Shown here one piece after another: positions 42,909 to 52,733 of a DNA stretch of 64,000 bases. Within the stretch, counting starts at the first letter, position 1, and every line of letters starts with the position of its first letter. The position numbers and the translations under genes were made by a program. The notes under the pieces were generated by a model. It did not search any database, was not told the origin of the DNA, and worked only from the letters and a program-made list of their open reading frames with translations. Origin of the DNA: a virus (taxonomy: Duplodnaviria; Caudoviricetes); IMG/VR virus record IMGVR_UViG_2654587976_000001, positions 1 through 64,000 of that record; one strand, 5' to 3'.

Positions 42909-44165
42909 CAGAAACTCCTTGTACATCAAGGTACATGAGCATAAAAGGCTGGTTATCGCTGTGCGAAATCCAGCTGGCTCCTTCTACACCTGGCAGATGA
43001 GCTATGACAACAAATAATACACGCTTTCCGGAACGTATTTAAAGTCCCCACCGGCGGAGAATTCACGGTTGTCTCGTGAACTGCTTAGTATCGCTCTGTC
43101 AAGCATCACCTTAAAAGAGCTTGCACGTTAGCTGTTTATAGATATTAAAAATATAAGAAGGAAAGACCCATTATAAGCCTTCTCAATGGCATTTTCAGTC
43201 TCTCTTGTCAGGTTACACGCCTTATTGAGAAACAAAGCGTCTCAAACGCTCGCCATTTATTTTGCACAGTTTTCTCTGACCCGTGTAAGGAGGTATGTGC
43301 ATGGGAAAGATAAGTCTCCATACAGAACATTGAAGGAGATGAAGTGAAATAAAGTGAACGTGTTGCTAAGTGAAATTGAAAAGGCAAGACCGAAAATAAT
43401 CCTTTTCTGTGAAATGGGAGCGGTGATCAAGCGCCCAAAAACCATTTCACTTATTTTACGAGGGTATGTAATTACAAAGCCTCGCTAACCCGGAAAAATT
43501 TTTGATTACCTCTAATAAGCAACAAAGCTTACAAGGGCATTATTTAAAGGTAAGGGAGACGCATCTGCCTTACCTAAGTGCAGCCGAAGCAGTACACCGA
43601 ATTAATATTCAGGTTATATGCCACCCATAATAAGACCCTGATGGGATTCAGTCGCAATTTGCATTAATGCGTTAAGTCTTATCTGCATATTTAGCCCGAT
43701 AATAGCCATTTACCTGTCTCTTTTAGATACAGACATCCGAGTTAACCTCGAACCCTCATAAGTGACCATTATCCGACTAACTACAATGACCAGTTGTAGC
43801 TGTAAAGTCGAATTTAATGCTTTTGTTCGTATGAAAGTGAGAATAGAAATGTTTAGAAAAAGCTTAACCCACGGTGGGGCAATACCCCGCTAATATCCAC
43901 TTATCCGAAACCCTGGCATTCCAAGTCCTCAAACAAATGAATATTAGCCGAGAACTGATATCCCACATATCAGTAAACAGCTTATTATTGACGACACCCC
44001 CATGCCATCAATAAAAGAACTCTAATTAATTAACCTGGAGCTGAACACATGCGGAAAGAGGAGAGGGCGACAATTTCCTCCATAACATCTAACTCTGCCA
44101 CTTTTAGGAGCATAAGCTCTATGTGACAAAGCGTGCAGGAAGCCTTTCCTGTCGTCCTCATTAAT
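42887..44165 (-). ncRNA. Candidate large structured ncRNA or sRNA array (~1.3 kb)
   Basis: No credible ORF; many consecutive hairpins, several needing G-U pairs that work only on the minus strand; CUUCGG and GAAA tetraloops. Confidence 0.65.
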
Positions 44166-44170
44166 TTTTA

Positions 44171-44446
44171 TTAAGCTTTAACTGCGTCTTTTAGAGCTTT
44201 AGCAGCCTTGAATGCTGGTGCCTTTGTAGCTGGAATATCAATTTCCTCACCCGATTTTGGATTTCTCCCTTTACGAGCTGCACGTTCACGAACCTCAAAT
44301 GTTCCAACTCCAGGAATCTTGATTGATTCACCTTTTGTAAGTGTTTCAACGATTACATTAAATACTGCTTCTACTTTAGGCGTAGCTTCTTTCTTAGTAA
44401 CTCCTAATTTTTCTGCAACTTCTCCAACAAATTCTGTTTTGTTCAT
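44171..44446 (-). CDS. yonN: HU-family DNA-binding protein
   Basis: MNKTEFV...GVGTFEVRERAARKGRNP.SGEEI.IPA.KAPAFKA.KALKDAV. Confidence 0.95.
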   Translation of the reverse strand: MNKTEFVGEVAEKLGVTKKEATPKVEAVFNVIVETLTKGESIKIPGVGTFEVRERAARKGRNPKSGEEIDIPATKAPAFKAAKALKDAVKA

Positions 44447-44706
44447 GTTTTAATTCCTCCTAGTGATTTTGCTTATTTTTGTGTTAAAGTATAATTACGG
44501 TAACGTTTGTGCTTCTTTTGAAAAATGGGAGACGTACTCACCCTTATATGTGGAAATTAGCTTTCTTTCTCCCTTATGGCGATTATCTCAAAAGGGGCTT
44601 TTAGACCAGTCATATCAAGGGTTCAAGGCACTTTTTTTGTTAAACTTTTTCCGGTAAAATCGCTGTACCCCTTGGGGGAGTAAGGCTCAGGGCACTTTTA
44701 TTACCG

Positions 44707-45354
44707 TTACACCTTTTGATTTCTAAATCGGATGACTCGTTCCTTTGTTTTTTGTTTATTCCTCTTGACTGTACATTTCCCACAGAAAAGCTTCTTACTT
44801 GTTTTAGCCCTAAATAGCGTTTTACAATCACTACAAACTCTTAGTGTTTTCAGGTTGTGTGTTAGGTTGTTCAATATACAAGCACCGAAACATTCCCACA
44901 AAGTCGATTTGAATTTACTCTTCTTTTTATACAGATACTTAATCAGAACATCAGCAACATATTGCTCGTCTTCATGAATCTTCAGCAATCTGTCTTTAAT
45001 GACCTTATAAACATAAAGTTTTTGTCCAGGCTTAATGTCTTCATCATTCATGAGCCATTTCTTGTTTTGGTCTAATCGTTTGTACTCACTAATAATTGCC
45101 TCGTCCAACTTAATATCCTTGTTCTTGAGCAGGAAGCGATAATCGAACTTCCCTGCAACAGCTGCAAAATTAATTCGGTCTGAGGGGATAATGGAGTCTA
45201 ACTTATTTACTGTGCTTTCATTAATTAACTCAACGCTATGTTCTTCTTTATCCTTTGCATTGATGAAGAAGTGGGGTACTTTATTTTTTATGTAATCTTT
45301 GATTTTTTCATCGACATGATCAGGTCGGGTAGGCATGAATAAGGTTTTTGCGAA
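44707..45354 (-). CDS. yonO: yonO exon 2 (C-terminal 215 aa, with Zn-finger-like Cys motif)
   Basis: Begins TTC GCA AAA (FAK) after the intron's terminal G, in frame with the tracked ORF. Confidence 0.88.
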   Translation of the reverse strand, partial: FAKTLFMPTRPDHVDEKIKDYIKNKVPHFFINAKDKEEHSVELINESTVNKLDSIIPSDRINFAAVAGKFDYRFLLKNKDIKLDEAIISEYKRLDQNKKWLMNDEDIKPGQKLYVYKVIKDRLLKIHEDEQYVADVLIKYLYKKKSKFKSTLWECFGACILNNLTHNLKTLRVCSDCKTLFRAKTSKKLFCGKCTVKRNKQKTKERVIRFRNQKV

Positions 45355-45685
45355 CTTTGATACCCTCGGTTTCCCGATATTTTATTAGGGAATAGACCAT
45401 ATCATCATCTGTGCTAGACAGATGGTCAGCGCTTCATAATAAGGAATTTCACCTTATTATTACTCCATAAAGGATGGTCGTTGCACCTTCATTTACAAGT
45501 GCTTCCCAGCATGATGTAAACGCTTGGCACAGGGTTATCGTATCGATAAGGACTTAGAATTCCCCTGTTAGCACACTCATTGACGATCATTTCCTATCGC
45601 TGCTTTTCGCTGAATGCACACCCTAGATTTCTAGGTTCACTGACTTTTCATCCGCATATCGCTATGCGACGCGACTAAAAATTTA
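45355..45685 (-). mobile_element. Group I self-splicing intron (331 nt, no homing endonuclease) in yonO
   Basis: Exon ends in U with P1 CGAU|UAA...UUAGUCG (U-G wobble at the splice site); P7 elements CAACGACCAT and GATATGGTC; ends in G; removal gives in-frame ENNFTID|FAKTLF. Confidence 0.92.
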
Positions 45686-47560
45686 ATCGATAGTAAAGTT
45701 ATTTTCCATACATAACCATTTGATCACGTCCATATTTATGTTGTCACTGTTCCATATCTTAGTGATGTTGTTGCTGTACTCCCCGATATTGATCCCATAA
45801 GCAAGAGTTAGTGCTTCATAGATGTTTTTGCTATTAATCTCTTGTTTCTGGGCTACAGACATTTCATAATACAACGGAACGATGTTTTCCATATTACGCT
45901 TGGCAATATTGACGATTAACTCATCAGGAATAATTAAGGCCTTATCCCCGTCATTGTCGAACTGCAGCAGTTTAGATATTGGATCATGAATGCTGGTGTA
46001 AACACCTGGGGTAATGAACCACTTTTCATATTCCTCATCTTTTTTGTTCCACCTAACACCATGCTCTCTGAATAGGTGAGGGGAGCGGAGGATATCAATA
46101 TACCCTTCATCATATAAAGAACAATGGACATCACTTCCTGAAAGCAGTCCTTTTGGATTCTGGATGTTCAGAAATAATTTTTCGCAGAAAGCATACAGGT
46201 CAGGGCATAAGTATGTATAACGAGCACCATCAACAAGCAATTTTCCTGATTTGGCATCTTTAATCATGCTTTTCTTTTTATTTTTAATAATTTCTTTCGT
46301 GTGATCATCGTTAAGAAGTTCTGGATATAGAAGCAAAGCGTTCTGAAGAGCTGTTCGATGTTTCTTTTTCTCCGTAGCTCCAAGAACTCTTAACATGGTT
46401 TCTTTGTCAGTTCCCAATGTGGTAATCTCTTTTACAGTCTTAGAGCTCATTTGAATTAATTCTTCATCGGAGATATCTGTAAGTGTCTGGAGCATTTGAT
46501 AAGTGAGTTTACCTTCAATAGAAGGGTCTTCTTCGTTGAGTTTTGCCCCTAAGCATCCATATTTTTTATAATTGCCTTGATATTCTTCCCACGATGAATA
46601 ATACTTCCACATTTTAAACTGGCTTTTAGTGAAGATAATTTGAACATCATCTTTCACTACGTCCCATTCCTTGCCGTATATATCAGTTACTTTAAAAGCT
46701 TTGTTTTCCTCAGCAAATTTACGAAAATCAAAAGGGACTAATAAACCCTTTACCCATGGGAGTCTTACCATGAAGCTTTTACGACTTAGAGTGGGGAGTA
46801 TCATTCCGCAGCCATCTGTATGTTCAATGGGAATGTTCATTGTTTTTCGTGTGATATCGTAGGTATCTCGATCAATGTAGTCAACGAGACTCGACACATC
46901 AGTTTCTAAGTCGTTGACAACAATGGCTTTATCAATATCAATCTCCCAAGGGCTACTGGCACTGTTAGAAAGGGCCATATAGCTATTCCATTTGTTAATG
47001 CTACTACCACCAAGGGAGTTGATCTTTTCAATACTTAAGCCGCATGTCAAAGCATCCTGATACTTATCGTAGGTGCTTTTTTTAATGAAACATGACTTCT
47101 TTGTACGAATTTGACCGGCGCTGCTCGTGAAATAAATGTATTTTTCATTGTTATGTAAAAATCCCTGATCAATAATGTCCTTCAATACTTCAAAATGGTA
47201 AGTCTGGACAACCATGATTTCCTCTGAAAGGGTGTTTTCTTTAATCCCTAATGTTCGGGTCAACACTGAATCAAATAAAGAAATCACTTTATTATCCCTT
47301 AAGCTGTCAGTTCGAAGTGTTCTTATGTTATTATGTTCTTCGAATGCGGAATAGAGGCATTCTTTAAGGTATGTAATTCTTTGTGATATGTATTTCTTAT
47401 GTTTATTATTTACATTGTCTAATGTCTTAAGATAATCTCTGTATCTATAAGACTTCAAAATCTTATTATGTAATGAATTTTCTTTGTCATTATAAAATGC
47501 TGATGTGTCCACGCTGTATATGTGAACTTGCTTAGACAATCCGTCTTTTTTTCTTTTCAA
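45686..47560 (-). CDS. yonO: yonO exon 1: single-subunit double-psi-barrel phage RNA polymerase (spliced product 840 aa)
   Basis: Catalytic QFDNDGD, LRSPHL and HTDGCG motifs; adjacent to yonN. Confidence 0.92.
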
Positions 47561-47576
47561 TCAATCCCCTCCATTT

Positions 47577-47877
47577 ATTTTATTTTTACTCTAAAAGTGC
47601 TTAATATTCGCTATTAAGATATTGATTTACTAAACTTCGATATGTAAAGCTTTGCTTATTAATCTTTCCGTACCATTTATAATCCTGATAAAGGTATTCT
47701 TCTTCGGGTGTTGCTGTCCCATCGACTACTTTTCCCTCAATAAATCCCATTAAATGACTAAATAAATACTGCTTTTTCATCTTACACCTCCATACTATTT
47801 TATTTTTACTCTTAAGTAATTAAAATAAAGACCACTTCATGTGGTTGTGTCTTTATTATATATTTTATTTTTACTCT
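47577..47877 (-). promoter_or_regulatory. Three exact copies of AGAGTAAAAATAAAAT (47577, 47797, 47862) upstream of yonO/yonP
   Basis: Exact 16-mer repeats; further copies at 50629 and 52999, variants at 52920, 56583 and 56672. Confidence 0.8.
47601..47780 (-). CDS. yonP: YonP-like small protein (59 aa, MKKQYLFSHLMGFIEGKVVDG...)
   Basis: Hand translation; GGAGGTG RBS; directly upstream of yonO. Confidence 0.7.
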   Translation of the reverse strand: MKKQYLFSHLMGFIEGKVVDGTATPEEEYLYQDYKWYGKINKQSFTYRSLVNQYLNSEY

Positions 47878-47898
47878 TGTAAACATAAAAATCCAAAG

Positions 47899-48135
47899 TT
47901 AATTGGATTTAATTTCGATTAATTCAAAAAGATCGTCAACTTTACAATTTAGAATATGTGCCATCAATAAAAGATTGTATGTACTAGGGAGGACGGTTGC
48001 AAATCCCTCGCTGTCATTTTTACACCATCTAGATATACTTGCTCTTTCAGCTTTTATTTGCTCTGCTAACCAGCCTTTTTCGATACCTTTGCTGCTTAGA
48101 AATGAATCCAACTTACTTTTAACCCTATATTCCAT
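47899..48135 (-). CDS. Xre/Cro-type HTH regulator
   Basis: WLAEQI.A.RASISRWC...LL.MAHIL.C.VDDLF; divergent from the tubulin operon. Confidence 0.85.
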   Translation of the reverse strand: MEYRVKSKLDSFLSSKGIEKGWLAEQIKAERASISRWCKNDSEGFATVLPSTYNLLLMAHILNCKVDDLFELIEIKSN

Positions 48136-48313
48136 TTAAATCATCCTTTTGCTGTTTGAATAAATTTTATAAAATGACTGGTTTACATACAAGCAGAGTG
48201 TAATTATTTGCATTAAGATACAAAAATATTTGCATTTAAATGCAAATAGACAATATAATAATCGTATATCAACCAAGATACTTCAAAATCATCAGATATT
48301 AAGGAGGGGTCAC

Positions 48314-48598
48314 ATGGATACTTATTTTGCTTCTGTCATTGACAACTTAACTCGAAATGATCTGTATATTCTAGGCTTATTGAGCGATGAAGGGGCTGAT
48401 TTAAAGTTTAAATCAATTAGGAAGAAAACCATTCAAGCTAAAACTCAGTTAACTGATGCTACCTTTAGAAAGAGTATCGATCGTCTGGAGGCCTTGCAAT
48501 TTATTAATATAGTGAAAAACAGTAAAGAGCATACAATTTTTATTACTCAATATGGTCAAGAAGCTTTGAGATATCAATTAGAAGGGGAGAGGGTTTAA
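48314..48598 (+). CDS. Winged-helix DNA-binding protein (TubR-like candidate), 94 aa
   Basis: AAGGAGG RBS; LTDATFRKSIDRLEALQFI...ITQYG wHTH pattern; TAATG coupling to the tubulin gene. Confidence 0.75.
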   Translation: MDTYFASVIDNLTRNDLYILGLLSDEGADLKFKSIRKKTIQAKTQLTDATFRKSIDRLEALQFINIVKNSKEHTIFITQYGQEALRYQLEGERV

Positions 48599-49710
48599 TG
48601 TTTGGTTTTATTGGAGTTGGTCAGGCCGGCGGAAGTGTAGCAGATGAAGCAATGAAGAGAGGATTTCATTCTGTCGCAATAAATTATTCACTTTCAGACC
48701 TTAATTCATTGGTCAATATTCAAGATAAGCTTCATCTGGTTGGGACAGAAGGAGTTGGCAAAGAAAGAAGTGTAGCAGCGAAACATATGAAAAACAACTG
48801 GGAATCTTCTATTGAGTTTATAAAGAACACAATGGAAAAGCCTTCAGTACAAGTCATTTTTGTTGTTTTCTCTGCAGCTGGTGGAACTGGTTCAGGGGTA
48901 GCTCCTATATTATTAGAATTGTTAAACGAATGTCTTACTCATAAAACAATAGTTGCTGTACCCATCCTTCCTGACAACAATGAAGTATTGGTCAATCAGA
49001 TGAATTCACTGGAGTTGCTTGATGACTTATCTATGCCAGAGACATGTGTTTTACCTTTGGATAATCAAATGGTTTTGAGCAAATATGAAGGGAAGATTTC
49101 TGAAAGCAGACTATACAAGGAGACAAACAAGATGTTCCTTGATTTAATCGAAGTCTTACTCAATTACACGGACAGAGGATCAAAGATCAGTACATTAGAC
49201 AGGAAGGATTTAAATCAGCTTTTTGACACATCAGGAATCATGACTATTGCTCAAACAGACCTCAATGAATTTACAAATGAGGGTAAGTATTTTGATAAGC
49301 TGCATGAAGATATACAAAAGTCGTGGAACAATTCGATTTTCACTCCTGTTGAGTTTACAAATGTGATGAGAGCTGGAGTTATTCTGGATGTTCATGAGTT
49401 CTTAACGGAACATATATCGTATAATGAGCTGTTTAATGTCTTTGATAACAAGATGCCCCTAGACTTATTTAAAGGGCATTATGATAAAGGTAATAGGGCG
49501 ATAACGATTCTTAGTGGATTAACCTGGATCAATGAGCGAATGAAGCAGTTAGATGATTTAATTGAAAATGGGAACACTGAAGTTAAAGAAACAACTGTTT
49601 ATAAAGCGAAGAATCGCCGTAGAGAGGATTTATTTAAACCGAAAAAACTGGAGAACAAGGAATCGAAAAAGACCTCTTATATGGAGGCACTGAAGAGACT
49701 AAAGCGCTAA
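48598..49710 (+). CDS. Tubulin/FtsZ-superfamily GTPase (TubZ/PhuZ-like)
   Basis: T1 GVGQAGG, EGVGK, T4 signature AAGGTGSG, LDN, T7-like TLDRKDL; basic C-terminal tail. Confidence 0.9.
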   Translation: MFGFIGVGQAGGSVADEAMKRGFHSVAINYSLSDLNSLVNIQDKLHLVGTEGVGKERSVAAKHMKNNWESSIEFIKNTMEKPSVQVIFVVFSAAGGTGSGVAPILLELLNECLTHKTIVAVPILPDNNEVLVNQMNSLELLDDLSMPETCVLPLDNQMVLSKYEGKISESRLYKETNKMFLDLIEVLLNYTDRGSKISTLDRKDLNQLFDTSGIMTIAQTDLNEFTNEGKYFDKLHEDIQKSWNNSIFTPVEFTNVMRAGVILDVHEFLTEHISYNELFNVFDNKMPLDLFKGHYDKGNRAITILSGLTWINERMKQLDDLIENGNTEVKETTVYKAKNRRREDLFKPKKLENKESKKTSYMEALKRLKR

Positions 49711-49720
49711 TTTTAAAGGG

Positions 49721-49746
49721 AAGCTGCCTATTTTGGTGGCTTTTTT
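49721..49746 (+). terminator. Terminator after the tubulin gene
   Basis: AAGCTGCC-TATTTT-GGTGGCTT followed by a T-run. Confidence 0.75.
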
Positions 49747-50698
49747 ATTTTGATTTTTTATGACCCCCCTTGGTGATCGTGAGCTAAAAAAGTGCTTATC
49801 GTCAATGAAGATCGGAAAGGGTTAATTAGTTGATATAGCAATGTTTTAGAGCTGTCAAAGGGGATAATAGGTGTTTTGTGATCGTAAAACGTAGACAGGA
49901 GAGAGGAAAAGTGGTTGTTTATTTAAAAATCCAATGAAAAAGGGGAGAATGAGGGGTAGAAAAACATTGATATTATAGGCTTTTACGATAGCGGTTACGA
50001 TGCGAAAATAGGCTGAAAAATGGGAAAGTGAAAAAATAAGTTGGGTGTGGAAATGGAAGTGCTAGGGGTACATTTGTTCTTGTTTTTTGGCCTTTAGATG
50101 TTAATATACCCCCTATATATTGGTAGTGAATTCCCTATATAAGATACGTTATGCAGGGTTTTTATGATTTAACTGATAAATTTGCACAACTAACACAATT
50201 TCAAATGAAAAACAATATTTATTTTTGAAAAAATAATTAAGCGGTCAACTTAAAAGTGAATACCCATTCATTAAAAAAAATCGTGTATATAACGAAAGGA
50301 AGCAAATCGAAGTCTTATTTTTTATCTATACAATTTACTTATCTAATCCATACACCTATTTTATATTCACCCTAATCGTGTTCCTTCTCATCTCATTACA
50401 TCCACCCATAACCTTACTTGTCCTCATCTCTATTCCGTTTCCTTCACCATACATTATATATCCATCCTATACACACTAACCACACATCATCAGAAGCATT
50501 CTAATACACCTAGAATCAATTTTAATTTAATCATAGTATCATTGGTATCCAATCCACATACATGCCTTATACAGCCTATAAACACCCATGAATAATAGTG
50601 CCAAAATAATTTAAAAAAATCCATTTTAAGAGTAAAAATAAAATGACTCGAAAGGGAAAATGTGCTATAATAGAGTTATAGGAAAGGAGGTGTACATA

Positions 50699-50878
50699 GT
50701 GCTTGAGAAAGTGGGTATAACAATTGCTTTCCTTATTCCTATCACGGTTTTAATCATCAACTGTTTAACAATAGCTGAGAAGATTCAAAACCTGATGAAG
50801 AATAAAGAAAGCAAAAAGAAAAAGCGTACACGCAAGCGCCTCCGTAGCAAGAGACAACGCAAACGTATACGCAGATAA
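50699..50878 (+). CDS. yonT: Type I toxin YonT (59 aa, GTG start)
   Basis: AAAGGAGG RBS; LEKVGI...TM helix plus very basic tail (KKKKRTRKRLRSKRQRKRIRR) like SPbeta YonT; TGCTATAAT extended -10 upstream. Confidence 0.88.
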   Translation: MLEKVGITIAFLIPITVLIINCLTIAEKIQNLMKNKESKKKKRTRKRLRSKRQRKRIRR

Positions 50879-50912
50879 CACGCTAAAGGGGAATTAATCC
50901 CCTTTAGTCACT
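50810..50912 (-). ncRNA. SR6-like antisense antitoxin RNA (ends approximate)
   Basis: Minus-strand TTTACA-N16-TATAAT promoter with TG extension at 50919-50946; hairpin 50883-50907; overlaps the yonT 3' end as known for SR6. Confidence 0.6.
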
Positions 50913-50926
50913 ACCCATATTATAAC

Positions 50927-51130
50927 ATGGACAAGCACATTGTAAACATGAAACGATTCTCATTATGGTTTACGAACATTACATTTGTTGTTTTATTCTT
51001 GTTGTTCCTGTTCATCAAAGATTACTTCAGCAGCGGAATACAGTCGCTTATTACGGCTATCTTCATAGTAACGTGTATCATTGTCATTTTGTTATGGATC
51101 GCTTACTTTGTATACGCCAAAAGAAGGTAA
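50927..51130 (+). CDS. yoyJ: YoyJ-like small two-TM protein
   Basis: Hydrophobic ORF directly after yonT, as in the yonT-yoyJ/SR6 locus. Confidence 0.55.
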   Translation: MDKHIVNMKRFSLWFTNITFVVLFLLFLFIKDYFSSGIQSLITAIFIVTCIIVILLWIAYFVYAKRR

Positions 51131-51180
51131 ACAAATCTAGCTAACATCATGCTATACTAAGCTTATTAGAGGTGAGCGGA

Positions 51181-51420
51181 ATGGAAAATCAGATCCTTGA
51201 AGCGATACAGCAACTATCCAAGGATATTAACACAATTAAGCAGGACGTTAAGGATATTAAAGAAACGGTTAAACGGATCGAAGAAAATGAACCTGAAGAA
51301 GTTGTATCCATGCTTAAGATTATTAACAAGAATATTGAAAGTGACCACCGATACAATGATAAGAAATTCTCTGGACTTGAAAGACGTATTCATGATCTTG
51401 AAGAAAGAATCAACAATTGA
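51181..51420 (+). CDS. YonU-like coiled-coil protein
   Basis: GAGGTGA RBS; TGCTATACT -10; synteny. Confidence 0.6.
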   Translation: MENQILEAIQQLSKDINTIKQDVKDIKETVKRIEENEPEEVVSMLKIINKNIESDHRYNDKKFSGLERRIHDLEERINN

Positions 51421-51500
51421 ATTTCATACATGAGAAGGAGCGGTAAAACATTTATCCGTTCCTTTATTTTTAATATTAAAGGGGGAAGTCTATATTTATT

Positions 51501-52733
51501 ATGAATAAAATTAAAATAATTGACTCTATAATGGGATCGGGTAAGACAAGTTACATGATTCAAAAGATGAATGAAGCACCCAAAGAGGATAAGTTTATTT
51601 TTATTACACCATATCTTGATGAGGTAAAGAGGATAAAGGAAGCGTGTCCAGATAAGAAGTTTATTGAACCTAAGATACACAGCGTAAACGGAGAAACATT
51701 TTATAAGCTAGACTCATTACATAAACACCTTTCAGATAATAAGAATATAGCAACTACACACGCACTCTTTAAGATGGCAAATGAGACAACAAAAGAACTC
51801 ATCTATTCAGGTAATTATACTTTGATACTGGATGAAGCAATAGAGGTTGTAAAGCAGTTAAACATATCTGCAGATGACCTGGATATGTTATTTAAAAATA
51901 ACTGGATAATTAACAAAGACGACCGAATAATATGGAACATGGAACAAGAAAAGAATATGCAAAGGGAATATGATGGAGAGTTTAAACACTTGAAACAGCT
52001 TGCATTAAATAACAATTTAATATTACATAATGATTCAGTCATACTCTGGAACTTTCCTGCTGACATATTCAAATTGTTTAAAGAAGTATACAACTTAACA
52101 TATCTGTTCGATGGACAGTTACAGAAGTATTATTATGATTTAAACAATATTCCTTATGAGAAATATATGATTAAAAAAGATAAGGGAAAGTATAAGTGTG
52201 TGCCCTATGATTCAGCAGCAGATAAGCATATTAAGGGTAAAATTAAAATAAAGATAAATATTTACGATGGAGATCTTAATAAAATCGGTGAAGAAAAGTA
52301 CTCTTTATCAAAAGGATGGTACAGAAATAAAAGGGTTTTACATAAGCGACTGCAGAATAATATCCTGAATTACTTTCAGAACATATGTAAGTCTAAATCA
52401 AACTTTAATATGTGGACAACGTTTATTGATTATAAACCAAGGCTTTCAGGCAAGGGATATACTAAGGGGTTCATACCATGTAATATCCGGTCTACAAATG
52501 AACATAGTCATAAAAATACACTGGTTTATGCTATTAACCGTTATTGTAATCCCTTGTTAGTTGAATATTTTATCTCTAAGGGTGTTAAAGTTGATGAGAC
52601 TTACTTTGCCCTTTCAGAGATGATTCAGTGGATATGGAGAAGCAGCATAAGAAATAATGATTCGATTTCAATTTACATTCCATCAAGAAGAATGAGGTTA
52701 ATGTTTATTGATTGGTTAAATAATGATTTATAA
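51501..52733 (+). CDS. yonV: YonV-like P-loop/SF2 helicase-like protein (410 aa)
   Basis: DSIMGSGKTS, ILDEA and QWIWRSSIR motifs. Confidence 0.75.
   Translation: MNKIKIIDSIMGSGKTSYMIQKMNEAPKEDKFIFITPYLDEVKRIKEACPDKKFIEPKIHSVNGETFYKLDSLHKHLSDNKNIATTHALFKMANETTKELIYSGNYTLILDEAIEVVKQLNISADDLDMLFKNNWIINKDDRIIWNMEQEKNMQREYDGEFKHLKQLALNNNLILHNDSVILWNFPADIFKLFKEVYNLTYLFDGQLQKYYYDLNNIPYEKYMIKKDKGKYKCVPYDSAADKHIKGKIKIKINIYDGDLNKIGEEKYSLSKGWYRNKRVLHKRLQNNILNYFQNICKSKSNFNMWTTFIDYKPRLSGKGYTKGFIPCNIRSTNEHSHKNTLVYAINRYCNPLLVEYFISKGVKVDETYFALSEMIQWIWRSSIRNNDSISIYIPSRRMRLMFIDWLNNDL

Noticed and set aside
42285-43445. Tracked ORFs 42285-42470 and 43257-43445 as proteins
   Set aside because: No convincing RBS, GTG/alternative starts, and they overlie RNA-like stems
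42887-44165. tRNA genes in the non-coding region
   Set aside because: No cloverleaf with proper D and T arms could be built by eye
44707-47560. yonO as a pseudogene or two separate genes
   Set aside because: The interruption has group I intron hallmarks and its removal restores one frame
49843-49855. GTTTTAGAGCTGT resembles the start of a type II-A CRISPR repeat
   Set aside because: Single 13-nt match, the rest of the repeat is absent, and there is no array or cas gene
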